Origin: Saccostrea echinata | Lineage: Eukaryota | NCBI RefSeq assembly: GCF_033153115.1 | Contig: NW_026889766.1 | Location: 5,518,001-5,582,000, forward strand | Direction: 5' to 3' | Length of the DNA stretch: 64,000 nt | Shown here: positions 1-14,240 of the stretch, piece by piece | Layout of the letters: each line of letters begins with the position of its first letter | Position numbering within the stretch: the stretch's first letter is position 1 | Position numbers and translations under genes: made by a program | Notes under the pieces: generated by a model | What the model was told of the DNA's origin: nothing | The model's database searches: none | The model's input: the letters and a program-made list of their open reading frames with translations, nothing else

Positions 1-669
1 AAACTACTGAAGTCAATCCAAACCAAGTCAGGATATACACCACAGGACATAGCAGTGACAAGGAATGGACATCTAGTTTATACTGACCCCGATACAGGGA
101 CTGTAAACATAGTGAAGAATGACCAGATACAGGAAGTGATCAGACTACAGGGGTGGAGACCTCGTGGTGTCTGTAGTACCTCCTCTGTTGATCTCCTGGT
201 TACCATGGACAGTGATGATGATAAACAAACAAAAGTTACCCGATACTCTGGCTCCACAGAAAAACAGTCCATTCAGTTTGACAGTGAAGGTAACCCTCTG
301 TATACAACTGGTTACAATAAATATATCACTGAGAACAGGAACCTGGATATCTGCCTGGCTGACAATGGAGCCAGTGCAATAGTGGTGGTTAATAAAGCAG
401 GCAAACTCCGATTTAGATACACTGGTCATCCCTATTTTACCCAGGGATCATTTAATCCACAGGGCATCACAACAGACAGCCAGAGTCAGATCCTGACAGC
501 AGACTATAAAAACCACTGTATCCACATCCTAGATCAGGACGGACAGTTCCTCCGTTCCATTTATAACTGTGATCTACAGGATCCATGGGATTTATGTGTA
601 GACACCAGAGACAACCTCTTTGTGGCTGAATTTGTCAGTGGTAAAATGAAGAAAATCAAATACATGTAA
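1..669 (+). CDS. TRIM-like B-box/coiled-coil/NHL protein, copy 1 (C-terminal NHL propeller; 5' end outside window)
   Basis: Open frame from base 1 ([19 protein letters not shown]...) to KIKYM-TAA at 669. NHL-type repeats ([27 protein letters not shown]) are highly similar to 18916-20574. Confidence 0.88.
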   Translation, partial: KLLKSIQTKSGYTPQDIAVTRNGHLVYTDPDTGTVNIVKNDQIQEVIRLQGWRPRGVCSTSSVDLLVTMDSDDDKQTKVTRYSGSTEKQSIQFDSEGNPLYTTGYNKYITENRNLDICLADNGASAIVVVNKAGKLRFRYTGHPYFTQGSFNPQGITTDSQSQILTADYKNHCIHILDQDGQFLRSIYNCDLQDPWDLCVDTRDNLFVAEFVSGKMKKIKYM

Positions 670-1256
670 ATACTTTATTGTAATTGAAAGTTTCCGTGAG
701 TGATATACAAGATGAAAAAATATTAACATGTAAAAATTTATGTACTGGTAAACAACAGTGTATGAACAGTGGGTAAATACATTTTAATACCTAATTTCAT
801 TCTGTTTATGCCACAAAAATATTCTATTTCCTTTATAATTATTTTATTTTTGAATAAATATCATTACATAGCAAATGTAAAACATCTTACTGAATCAAAT
901 GAAAACTAGTACTAATTGTAAAGGGAACCGTTACATATGTTCCCCAAACCCTCCCCTGCTCCACTTTGGGCCTTATTTCCTGCGTATACTAGTTTCATTA
1001 AATTAGACAATTGTTTTGTTTAATAAATCCTGTTAAAATCATTGAAAACTTCATCACATATTATACAATTAAACATTGCAATTGCTAAATTGTGCTGTTT
1101 TCCTACAATGCTCTACAATAAAAATCTTTAAATTTGTACGGGCAGTAATTTTTCCTTCAAAATTTCTTATTCCTACATGCATCTACTCAGTGTGATTTAA
1201 GTATTTACAAATATTTACTCTTGGAATGTGATAAACTTTTGGAAATCTGAAAGCTT

Positions 1257-3648
1257 AACAAAGTGCCCCGCCACAGCATGATACGCCGGTCAAATATTGT
1301 TCAATTATCACAGTGCAAAAAAATCATATCAACCTTGATAGAAAGATTTCACTGATATTTTCCCTTCCTTTTAATATTTGAAGTTTATAATCTCCTGTGG
1401 TGTAAGACTTAATTGTAACAAATATTACATCATACATTTCTCAACTGGTTGTGTTAGTCTAACAAATGCCCATCTGCAGCTTTGTTTATTGTATATTTCT
1501 GATTGATTAACAATGCTGCAGCCTAATAAAACATCAAAACAAATTATGTGTATCCTTTACAATATAAAATTGTCATCTTAGTGAGACATGACACTCTGCA
1601 ATTTTCCGTAAAGATATAAAAATTAAAATTAAAAATTTTATATTAAACAATATTGAACTAAAACTGTCCAAATGGGACTATTACCCCCCGCTGGATTTTT
1701 CAGGAAAGGTACCAAATCACTAAAGGTGTTTTTTATGGATCTAGAGATGTTAAAAAAAATTTTAACATTGACAGTCAAAATTTCATTGAAATTTTAAAGT
1801 TACAATTTAGCTAAGCTAGCTAATAAAACATCAAAATATTATTCATTATATTGTTTTTTTTTTATTAGATTGTAAAACTTAATTAATTGCAACCATCTTT
1901 CATATCTGTGAGACATGACCCTCTGAAATTTGTTTGTTGATATTTAAAAAAAAATAATAAAAGTATAATATTTAACAATATCAAATAAGTCTTAAAAACT
2001 TAATCTATACCAAATCAATTTTGAAAATGGCCATTAAATGACAGAATTTGCTATTAACTACAATTAAGAAAGAGACCAGTAGTCCTTCTGCCTAATTCCC
2101 AAAGGATACAGATAAGAGCTGCTTGATCAGAGATGCTCTAACAGAAATGATTGAGACAGCTAGCCTACATTGAACACATTATTTAATCTTTAACTGGATG
2201 CATTTCCACTCATTACTCCCGGATTCTTTTTTGTAGTCTGTAGTACAATAAAAAAGCATATTTATGTCATTCTGTTGAAAACAAAGGGGTTTTTTTTGTT
2301 TGAAAGATTTATAAAATGAAATAAAATTATGTAATCTTGATGCAACATTTTTGATATGATTACTGCATGACTCTTAGATTTCTAGGTACTATCTACCATA
2401 AAAATTGCTTTAATACTTTTATTTATTTTTTTTTTTTTTTAGATTTAATGACTGGTTTTAAGCTGCAATTCATATGGACAGACGGGAATGCTGATTCCAA
2501 TATACCCCCTCCCTTCCCCCATCGGGGTATAATTAATTTGAATTATATCATAGAATATTAAATTAGTTTTAATTATTTTACACCAAAATATTTAAAGTTA
2601 GGCTAGCCAACAAGAACTATTTAATCCAACACAAGCAATTAAGAGGCTGATTCCTTTGTCCAATTCCCAAGAGATAGTATAGATAACACCTGCTTGATCA
2701 GAGATGCTCTACCAGTTATTTCCTCGAACTAGACTCATTAATTTCTCTCTAATTCGACGTGCAATTTTCTGTTATCAAAATTCTCCTTGACCAGTGTTTG
2801 ATAATTACATCCATGGGAGAGGTGGAATATCTCTTATAACATTACATTTGTTATAGATTGCTGTAAAAGATATAATGAAAAATATATGTATTTTCTTGGT
2901 TTTAACATTTTCTAAAAATAAGGATACTGCAATACTCTTACATTTTTGGGGATTTTGTAATTAAAAAGTTATAAGACATATTTTTTTTTTAATTTCACTT
3001 AAATAAAAGGTAACATTGACCTTCATGTAGGGTGCGACACACCTTCTACATAAGAAGTTTTAATTGGCCATGTTTGATGATTTACCGACTAATAGTTTTC
3101 TTGTTATGAGTCGGACAGGGTTTTTCCATATTTGGCCATAGCATCTTAATTAAAGTAAGAGCGAACTACATTTTATGTGCGACACACCTTCTACCCAAGA
3201 AGTATCAGCTGAAAAAGTTTGATACTTCTAAGCCTAATAGTATTCAAGTTATGATTTGTTTGTATGTTGTTCAACGTCCCTCTCAAGAATTTTTCACTCA
3301 TATGGATACGCCACCACTTGCTGGTGGAGAGCTGCAAATTTTGTCCTATACTCGGCACTTACGGCCATTGAGCAGTGATGGATCTTTATCATGCCAACAC
3401 GGGGCCTCGGTTTAAACGGTCTCATTCAAAGGACAGGTCGCCGTGTCCCAAAGTGGGATTCGAACCCGCGACGTTAGGATTAAGTCCTTACTTCGCGACT
3501 CTAGAGCAGACGCTCTAACCACTGCGCCACGATGGCGACTATTCAAGTTATGAGCCGGACGAGAAAAAGCCAACAGACAGACAAGCTAACAGGCCGGACA
3601 TGAACGCCAAAACATAATACGTACCGTCTTAAGTCAGGCGCATAAAAA
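1257..3648 (+). mobile_element. Old HINE-like element with internal duplications
   Basis: Its start (AACAAAGTGCCCCGCCACAGC) and end (CAGACAGACA..CATGAACGCCAAAACATA) match both ends of a deleted remnant at ~54172-54435 in a Sin3 intron. Confidence 0.5.
3255..3539 (-). mobile_element. tRNA-derived SINE (Meta-domain-like bivalve SINE)
   Basis: A box TGGCGCAGTGG and B box GTTCGAATCC on the minus strand, (CAAA)n tail, and a 14-bp TSD TATTCAAGTTATGA at 3241-3254 and 3540-3553. Confidence 0.92.
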
Positions 3649-3852
3649 GTCTAAGATATGGTAACCATTGTTTGCTTATGTTTACCATTGGATCCCATCG
3701 ACAACCAATTGTTGTTGTTTGTATGTTACAAAATAACCAATGTTAGAAACTGGAACTCACCCACCGTTGATACCACCAAAAGAAACACTGACCTACAGGG
3801 CAATAATAACAGAACCGCTTATTTAAATCAAGGATGACTTTGTCATAAACAC

Positions 3853-6320
3853 ATATTTCCATTGCGAGCTGACCCTCTCCTTCCCAAGGGCACCTTGGAA
3901 TACCGCCTCTCTGGTGCCTCCAGACTCCTTACATCCTAGGAAATCCTTGAACCACTTGTTCAACTCAGGCGATCTCCTGCAGGACAGTAATAGTGTGCGT
4001 AACAAATGAGGCATCAAAATGATTTTTTTTTCACGAAGTTAGGACCATTATTAACTTTGCTAACAATTGTCTTAGTCAGCTTGAAAATAAAGAATTTTTG
4101 TTTTATAAGTTTGGTTTCAGCATAAATAAACGAAAGGAATTATAGTTTAATAATTTTGGTCAAAACACAGAAAATGGGCTGAATTAGGAACTGATAATAG
4201 GAAAGTCTTGACTGGAACAAGGAACTCACTGTTGGAAGGTCTGGACAAGCTAAACCAGTTTTGTACGTGAAATTACTTCCTGGTTAAATAGAACCAGACA
4301 TCGCAGGGAATTCTCATGAACCTCATGGTGCTTCTGGAATTTCCTCACTTGAAAATTACAATGTAAAATTTATTTTTAAAATAATTGCATTCTACATATT
4401 ATGTGCAGTTTAAGATTTTAAGATTTTCTTCCCGCCAAAATCCTTCAAAAAAAGGGGGGAGACTGCCGGAATTAGAGAATGATTGATGCATAAATTAAAT
4501 TCTACATGATCTTATAGTTAATGCATTGACAATTTTTATTGGTGGCAAAACCTAGATTTCTGAAATATATAAAGGAAACACAGGTTTTTTCCTGTCCTTT
4601 ATTGATAAAAATGTAAAAGGTATTTGTTGCTCAGCTTGTTACTAAGCCTTCTCCTTCTTACCGTTCATACAATTTTTCTCCTAAACTTGTAAAAAAAATT
4701 CTGCTGAAAAATATAATATGGCTCTATTTTTTACATCACTAACTTTGAAGGCAAACTCGTTAGGAGTTCCGTATCGTCGACCTGCAGTAAGTGAGGTGTC
4801 TTTCAAGGTTCTGATTCTCTGTTTCTGGAAAAACAAAAAATACTTTCACAATATAGACTTAGGGTTATTCCATTAAAAATACTCTACCCTACCTTAGAAC
4901 TACAGAATGTTTCAGATCTAGCACCCTAAACATGCTAAAAGGACTTTGCTTACTGACTCTTTATTACCGCAATCCTTCTGTTTAGGTTTGGAACATAACC
5001 CTGCTGATTTTACCATCCAACACTGACCTTCTTTGAAGAATTACAACGCTACCCTTCTCTTAAGGTTGTACATGTGGTCCAGGACCCTGCTTATTTGACT
5101 AAGTACTACTCTATAAATAATTTTCACATAAGCTTTCCTGTACTCACTCATTCAAACAACAAGTTACCTTCACCAAGGAAGGTAACACATCTTAAGAATA
5201 CTTTTCCATCATAAAATGACCCCCCCCCCCCCGACCACCCTCCCAAATGGTCTACAGTATAAATCATCGACTTTCTTCAGGGAGTGATTTCAGACCTCAT
5301 CCAATACACTACCTATCACTATTAACCTTCTGTGGAGGCTTTGAGTCATCTGAAGATTGTGTTGATTTCCGCTCTTCCCCATCTGACTTACGTTGTTTGC
5401 TTTTTTAACGGTATAAGAGTGGTCATTTCTGACCCCCAGGGACGAGCTGTCAGTCTGTAACATATTCAGCTGTAAAACAAAGCAGATAGTGGGGATATTA
5501 GACCAAAGAAATTTTCAAAAATATTAAACAACTGCAAGGCAAATTTTTTCAGATGTATTTCAATCATCAGAGTTCCAAAATTAAGATATGTCTAAGCTAA
5601 AATCAGGTATAGTCAGTTTGTTTGTTTGTATGTTGTTTAATGTCCCTCTCGTGAATTTTTCACTGATATGGAGACGCCATCACTTTCCGGTGGAGAGCTG
5701 CAAATATGTCCTATTCTCGGCACTTACGGCCATTGAGCAGTGAGGGATCTTTTTCGTGCCAGCACCTACTGCGACACGGGACCTCGGTTTATACGGTCTC
5801 ATCCGAAGGACCGGTCTCCACGTCACACAGTGGGATTCGAACACGCGACGTAAGGATCAACTCCTTACGCCGTGACTCTAGAGCAGACGCTCTAACCACT
5901 GTGCCACGCGGGCGACCAGGTATAGTCAGATGTATCATATTATCTAGCATTACAGTAGAAAAAGTGACCTTTAGTATTCTTCAACAACACAAAGACTACA
6001 ATAATCTGACAGTTACAAATGTACTACTTAAGTGTACATAGATTTTCCACTGAATAGCTTCCCTGTACTTACATACACTTTCAAACCTCATGTTAATTTC
6101 CCCCAAGATGTCACATCTCACCAGTACTTACTTTTCCATCATAAATGACCCCACCCATAAATTCGATTTCCCCTTTAAGACAGCATATTTCCCCGGTACT
6201 AACATATCTTTCATAAGATATACCTTTGGTTTCAGGCAGGAACTGACCAAACTCGGGCAATAGATCCTGTTTCTGGAACAGCTTGACCACCTTAGAGTAG
6301 ACTTCAGCCTCTGCTAGGGG
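3853..6320 (-). pseudogene. Sin3 partial duplicate A (PAH2-end, linker, PAH3 exons)
   Basis: Exon homologues in the correct order: ~6204-6320 (AEAEVYSKVVKLFQKQDLLPEFGQFLP), 5326-5469, 4743-4824, 4230-4348 (in-frame TAG, acceptor lost), 3853-3976. Sequence at ~1020-1255 also matches the Sin3 intron at ~58925-59155. Confidence 0.88.
5617..5916 (-). mobile_element. tRNA-derived SINE, same family
   Basis: 13-bp TSD CAGGTATAGTCAG at 5604-5616 and 5917-5929. The paralogous site near 48895-48910 is empty. Confidence 0.93.
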
Positions 6321-7999
6321 CTTACAACCAATTTTAATGTCATAAAGCATTTCAGGACGTATCAGTTTTACATTGTCTGTGTTATAAATGTTTTCATTCT
6401 TAGTCTGGAAAAATCTGGCAGTATATTGACCAGGTACGTATAAACATCCCTCTATAAACAAGACTTTTTTAGTTGATAACTAATCCAATATACATGTGGC
6501 TCACCTGAGCAACATGGCTAAGAAAAGTATAAATATGACCATCATAACTTTGCTGTTCTCGAGAAGATTTTTTAGGATTTTTCATAGAAATTCCTATGTA
6601 AAAATTTTATCGCCCATTGTGGTCCCACCATACCGTCCCCCCTCCCCCCCCCCCCCGGGGGGGAGGGGGTCACGATTTGAACAAACTTGAGTTTACACTA
6701 CCTAAGGATGCTTCCATAGAAATATGACCAATCATGGCTTTGTTGTTTTTGAGAAGATTTTTATGTATTCCTGTGTAAAACTTTGATCCACTGACGGTCA
6801 AAATTGTTTTCCTGTGACTTTTTTTCAAAGAAGTTGACAGAAAAAGCCTAAATCCATTTAACTTCGCAATATTATTCTTAAAAACTAAAAAATATATCAA
6901 CCCAAATATGCCTGGATTTACGTAATAGGTCTGCTATTTCCAAAATTTAATCAATAATAATCTGTTGTAAAAATCTGCTGGACCTCTTCGGATAATCTGT
7001 TTTTGTGCTTTCTTGAATTTATGTCAGTTGCTAAATTTGAGATGGTTGGTAAGCTTGAAGAAATCGTACACCCTATGGTGTGTAATGTAAACATAATTTC
7101 TTAACTTTAGTCCATGAAAATGTTGAAAATAAATACTGGTAATATGTCCCTGCCTTCTTCCTACAGTTTTCATTTTTAAAATGATTATAATAAAGTAACC
7201 AATGAAAAGGACTAACTCCACCCCTTCCAGGAACCATGTAAAAGCACTTACCCCACATAAATTGGTAAGAGTCATTTGTAAGAAAAACACGGATCCTTTG
7301 TAAAACGTTAAGAAGCATTATCTTGTAAAAAGCAAGCGATTCATTCATGTTATTAACCCTCCCTGCCCCCATTTGCGAGGTATAGATTTTTTGTGTTTAA
7401 ATTTATGATTTTTTTGGGGGGGGGGGTGTAGAAAGGGGGGGGGGGGCTTGTCCGAATTTATTTGTTTTCATTATTAAAAAAATACAGCTAGACAGATTTA
7501 ATATTAATTTTACTGCTATATTAGGTTCAATCAAAATGTATCTTAGTCTAGAGAAATGATAAACCGTTAACTTTAAAAAATAATTCAGACAATTTGTACT
7601 TCTATGCCCCCCCGCCCCCCCTCCTCCAAAAAAAAAAAAAAAATGAAAGTATAATTTTGATTGGTCGACCTGAAATATACACACATAACTTTTCTCTCTT
7701 TTTTGTGATACTGATGAAGGCAAACAGTAGAAGGAATTAAAAAGATTGAGTTTTCTGTTGCATCCTTCACTAAAAACAGGGTTTTTAGGTGTGGATTTTT
7801 TTTATTCTACACTTAGCCTTTAAAAAGAGATAACATATACTTTTCCGTTTTTTAATTTTAGGATTGGGGTGTAAAGAGTGTCAGTTTACATTTAAAGAGA
7901 AACCTATGAAGTTAAAACATTTATCATATAAAAATTATGTTATGCCTGACATATAAATCCTGTTTAAAACTGCATAATATGACTTCGTTAACATTAGGT

Positions 8000-8431
8000 T
8001 AAGGGACAACCATTTGATTCAGAAAGGAGGGGGGGGGAGGCAAATTTTTCCAAGTCAGATTATTTATTTTCATTGTAGTGAAAGAGAGATTATTTATTTC
8101 CAAGATGATCCGGGACAGATTATTTATTATCAGCTTCACTGAAAAAAGTCTGAAGAGTCAAAAAAAAAAAAAAGGAAAACGCCTAAATGCTTTCATGTTT
8201 GTGTGTATGTGTGTGTGTGGGGGGGGGGGGGGGGGCACTAGTTCCTGTTATAAATTTTTAACCCATAGTATAATAAGGTGGGGGATGTAGCACGTATCAA
8301 GGATCGATTATTTATTTTCCTATCAGTCGAGGACAAATTATTTAATTTCAGTATTTTCAAGAACAGACTATTAGTTTCTAAAATCTGTCACCCTCTTCCC
8401 CCCACCCTCGAATCAAATGGTCATCCCTTTA
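8000..8431. mobile_element. MITE with ~21-bp TIRs
   Basis: TAAGGGACAACCATTTGATTC ... GAATCAAATGGTCATCCCTTTA. Confidence 0.75.
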
Positions 8432-11120
8432 CTGACAGGCATCAACTTACATAACATATCATTCAATACGAACATGATACACCTGAACTTTGTTGTTGCC
8501 AAGTCTATTTGTTATCCAACTTTCAACTTCCACTTTTGTATGGTCATGTAAATGTAGCTTGACTTTAATTATTTAGGTAAAATCAATAGCCTAGTTCTCT
8601 CACATTATAATTCAGTTTTGGGTTTTTTTCCACACTTTTTTCACATTCGTTTTAAAAAAAAACACAATGGCTTTCCAAGGCTGTATTCATTATATAATAT
8701 ATCACTCTGACTGAGAAACTACACCTCTTCTTACAACCAATTCAAAGTAATTCTGATATCTGAAGTTTATTTTTTATCCCCATTTTGAAACTCCTAAGAC
8801 CTTGAGGCTTAGGCTTCAATATCATGAATGTGTACAGAGTTGATTTCCTGTACCATGTGGTCTTGTACATTTCCCCTTTGTTCACACATCAAAATCACTC
8901 TTTTGCATGCAGGAAATAAACAAAGTGGTTAAAATGTGTGTGCACATTAAATAAACAGAAAAAATACTTGATTTTACTTGAAATCCAGGATATTTGTTGA
9001 CAATGTAAACAACTTCCAGTCAGTTTTGTCCAATGATTTTTTTTTATCTCTCACACTAAAGAGCTCACAATTATCAAAGGGAGATAATTCAATTTTTAAA
9101 TGAATATCTGCTATTTTAATCATAGATTTCTCATATTTATAGACTGAATACCAACAATGTTTTTAAATTTTTTTTTTTTTTTTTTTTTAATTAGATGTCA
9201 TATTTTTCATTTCTGTGAATAACGTGAATTGAAGTAGCCATTTCATTAAATAACATTCCCAAAAATTGCATTTTTTTCAGGAAAAAAATCCACTTTAGAC
9301 ACTGTTTCCATGGTAACTATTAAACATTCATATGATCTAACAATATTTTTTGGAGTAGTTTATGAAGTGGTAAATTCCAGCAAAATTTGAAAAAAAAATC
9401 TGTGACTATGCGTGCCACAAAAGTATAAGTGGTTACAGAGAATGGTTAACCACACCGAGTTCAGCACACATGCATGCATGTCTTTGCAATCAGGTTTGAT
9501 AATAGCATAATGTAAGAACGCACTTAATTTATAGATCTTTATTAAAAATTTCTTCCTTTTTTTTTCAAAACTATGAAAGTTACAGCCGTATTCAATTTCA
9601 ACCAATCTAATTGTAGCACATTTTCAAGATTCCTCATATCAGTTTTTGTAGAACATTATATGTCCATATTTTAAATTTCATTGTATTTTGGAAACCAAGG
9701 AAGTTATCGAAATTTTTATGTCAGCCAATCAGAGTGAAGCGCATGTGCTGTTTTTGCAAATTTTCTCACATCACCTAGATTACAATACAAAAGTAATTTA
9801 AGTTATTAATAAACAGACGTTCAAAGCAAATCATCAAAAAGGACATTAAATGACGTTTCAATTTTACCAATCACCATGTGCATGCCAATTTGTTTCACAT
9901 GCCTGTTAACTCTAAAACGTTTCATGTTAATCGGATGAGTAGTTTCTGAGAACACACAGGACAAGAAAATACTGGAGAAGAAATTTTAAAAAAGAAAGTA
10001 AAACAATATATTCCCAAATTTCGTTTGGGGAACATACTTGAATAATAACAGTACTTTTCAGAAGAATGGCTGAAAATGAAATTTCATAAGACAACAATTT
10101 TTTACTTATTTTTAATACACGTTTTCTACACTAAAAACACACAAAGTGAAAGTCAATGACCACATTAAGGTAGATGAGAAGGCAGCATCAGTTTGACCAA
10201 AAGAGAAATTCATGTACCAAAGTATAACAATGCATTTTGTGATAAATGTTATAATATTACCTTTTACAATATGATTAATCAGTAAGGAAAATTTATTGAC
10301 ACAAGTATTATAATGCAATATGCAATATATGTAATACATAATAACATTTCCTTTTACAATCTGTTTGACCAGAAAATTCAATGACACAAATATTACATTG
10401 CAATATATAAAAAAAAAAAATGTAACGCTACAATCTTACAAGATGCATTTCTTACAATCTTCAATCTGCAACTCTGAGATTTCTGACTATTTACAGGCAA
10501 AGCTTTTACAATAATATGAGGTACATAAGTCTTATCCAATTCATAGAATTACAGTTCCAGGTATATACATACAAGTAATGAAGTAATTGTCATGCAGTCT
10601 CTATTCACAAAAAAAATTAAAGATTTTATATTACAGAGGCGTTATGAAAAAAGAAAAAAAAATTAACAGTGAAAATTAAACTTTACGGCTCATATAACCA
10701 CCCCTAACTGGAGACAAATTTTATATGTACATGTTTTGAATTTTAAAGGATGAGCATACAATTGTGCAGTTGTAAACAGGGCTCTGATTTACTGCTCTTT
10801 ACATACCTTGTAAATACAGGGGCAGAAACAAAACGTTAATCCTGCACATAGCAAATCTGATCAAAATATGATCTTGCACAGATAATATGAATAAATATAC
10901 AATATGTCTAGGCAATCTGCTGACTTTGAAAAAAAAAGATACATTGATTTTAGATGTAATCAAATTTGTTACACTGTGTCTCTGCAACAGCTGATGTAAA
11001 AATACAAAGATTGTATGTATTTTAAGAGATTTACACATGTTTTACTTAGATATAAAGACAGAGAGGATGATAGATGATTGACTCATATATGTAACATAAT
11101 GAAAATATACAATGATACTG

Positions 11121-12201
11121 CCCAGGTAGCACAAAAAATTTTCAAAACATTTTATTGCAGTTATAAAAAGGTTTTTTCAAAACATTTCAGAGTTAACATT
11201 TTTAAAATGTTTTAAAAACATTTTTCTTTCCCATTGTAACATTTTAAAAACATTTTAAAAATGTTTTCAGAAAGGTTAAAGTAAAATCTTTAAGGAACAT
11301 TTCTAGAAAATGTTTTTGAAACGTTTTAAAAATGATTCCAAAGGTATGTCTTGTTTGTATATATTAAACAGTTTCATATTACGTTATAAAAATGTTTTTA
11401 AAACATGAAATAAAACATTCCTCTTCTCCATATATGAAACATAGTAATGTTAGGTTTCTAAAACATTTCGAAGGAACGTTGTCAAAATGTTTTAAAAACA
11501 TTCTTAATATTGCTTATAGTTTAATATTTAAATGTTTCAGTGTTGATTGTGAAAATGTTTTTAAAACATTGAACAAAACGTTTTCCACTCCTACAACTGA
11601 AACATTTTATTTATAATTTATGCAACATTCTATAGAAACATTTTCAAAATGTTTTTAAAACATTTATATCATTGTTAATATTAATGCATTTGTTTATTTT
11701 CAAAGTATGTTGTAAAAATGTAATTAGAACATTGACTATAAAATTTATCCTTTTAAAGACTAAAACATTTTATTTAACATTGATGCTATATTTTGTAATG
11801 TAATTTTCAAAATGTTTTAAATGACTAACCCAATTTTTCCCGAGAAAGTTTCTGAAAAAAATATATAGAATATCCAGAGAGGATTGAGATTAAATGAAGA
11901 ATTGTTTTTTAAAATGTTCCGAAAACATTATCCCTGTATTTTTCTTTCTTTTTTCAAAAATTCTTATTGAGTTGACAGACATGTAATCAATACAAAGTTC
12001 ACTGAATAAACAAAAGATACTTTAATTTAAAAAAGAAAACAAAATAATAAGCACACTGTTTACAATAATTAACACAGCCTGATTTTTTACGATCTCGTCT
12101 GTTGCATCATATTTCTTCAACTCCAAGGCAGCAGATTAGGAGTGGCTTCACTGGTCAGTTTCAGTGTCATGATAACCTTGTTATGCAATTCTCCTGCTGG
12201 G
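11121..12201. repeat. AT-rich insertion with many short AAAACATTTT/AAAATGTTTT inverted units, probable non-autonomous DNA transposon
   Basis: Begins CCCAGGTAGC exactly where homology to the Sin3 3'UTR stops. A candidate CTGCTGGG end lies at ~12200, but the right boundary is uncertain. Confidence 0.5.
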
Positions 12202-14240
12202 TAGCGCGTTAGAGTGTTTAGTGGTTTGCAGCTTATCTAGGCCAAAATCTGAATTCTGGTAAACAGGATGTGCGCGTTTTCTTGTTGCTGATTTTCAAAC
12301 AAGATTTTTGCATCATATAAGCCAGAAGAATTAGCGCTGGATTATTAACACCTGCTTTGTGAGTATAATTTCATCAGAGATTTCAAAAGATAATTTTTAA
12401 ACATGTTTAAAGTGACTTTTTTGTTACCAGTACATCATTGTATTTTAGTATGCATATGTGTAGCAAAAACAAAGCTATTATGTATTTGAATTGAATACTT
12501 TAGGCAACAACAAATGTACCTCCTTGTCTTATGTTGATCATAACTCAAAATATCTAAGTGTTGAAACATGAAACCATATTGCAGTTAGATGACAGTTCCA
12601 TCAACAGACATGAATTTCATTCGAACTGATTACATATTTCCTGACATACACCCTAAAATATGTCTATTCCATGTTCTTGCAGAATATCAAAACCAACGGT
12701 ATTAAGACCTATGTTAAAATACTCATTTTCACCTTCCCCCTTACCAACAATGACAATTTTGAAGCAGTTTTCCTCACCGAAACACTGTTCGGCCTTTTTT
12801 CTGGAAAGCGCTCTCCTTGGCTGACCGCTGGTGGACAGTTACCACTCGTCCTCCTGTCGAGTTGTTCTTGCGTTCCTCCTGGAACAGTGCAGTGATCTTC
12901 ACACAAACCTCATCCTGAACATAGTGCTGCATCTACAGATATAGAATAGACAACATATATTATTACAAATCAAGAACCCTTTTGAGCATGTACAAATACA
13001 GAGAGTGATAGTCTTATTTTACAATCCTAATGTATGTTAGTGAAACGAGTAAATGTTATTCACGTTTATTTATGACAACTAGCAACTTTTTTGATTAAGG
13101 TAATCTACAATTTGATTTTATTAATTATCAATTTGGTCTCTGACCAGTAGAGCTAAAACAGCAACATTTATCTAATTTAGACATTTTTTAATAAGATTTT
13201 TCAATATGATAAAATTCAAAATAAATTATATATCAGTTACCTTTCTTTTAAACACATTGTATAAATCAATTTAAGATTTTTTTTAAAATGATAAATATCC
13301 TTTATTTTGAGAACTACATGAATGTATAAATGTTTCTTTTTTTTAATACCAAAGGTGTAGATTGAAAAATTATCTGAAAGGCTTATACATTGACAGCTAT
13401 TTAAATCACATGACCTGGATTTAAATCACGAACTGGATATAAATCATATGACCTGGCAAACCAACGTAACGAAGTAGATTATCAGACAGTATTTAGAAAG
13501 CCATATTGATACTACAGGGAATTCGCAGACATTAACTCAATTTTAATATATATCACTTTTTTGCTAGTAAATATCCTCTACCTGAATTAAAAACAAACAT
13601 TTTGAAAAGTCCAAATCCTTCAACAATAAGGAGCGATAATATAATTATGCATGAATATACTGTACATGTGTTAAGAGTTCCAGCACAGGGATTTGAGATC
13701 ACATTTAATTTGTATCTATTACCCCATCAATGATAATTTTCCGATAAAATTCTGGCTTTAGATTGGTTGAGGTCTGTCACGTGAAGCCAGTGTAATACTT
13801 ATATACGGTCACTTGAAAATATTATATACATGATCGTGGTCAATACAGAGTTATCTTTTCTTTTGTTACACTTAGAATAACTCTACTTTCTTAGCTTTTT
13901 AAATTGTTAATAGACAACAGGCTTGCTGATTAATAAACACAAACCCCAGTTAAAGGTGAACTTTTATTTAAAACAAGCTAGCTCTCACAAATATTAACTA
14001 TTCTCCTTGTTTAATTTTCTTCACATTGTCAAGTACTTTCAATGATTTTCATCCTTGATAATTTTGTTTTACATGTCAATCACTTATTATCATGATAATT
14101 TAATATATATTCTTACTTAAAAATATTTTCATTTTTTTTTATTTATTTATATTGTCATTTTGGTTTGCACAAAGCATAAAAAAAAACAAAATTCTCAACA
14201 AAGAATTTATCCTTAACAATTTTGTATTAATTTTTTACAG

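Noticed and set aside
6496-11616. Many 60-110 aa ORFs in AT-rich or homopolymer sequence
   Set aside because: They are low-complexity, mostly have non-ATG starts, overlap repeats or UTR copies, and show no recognisable domain.
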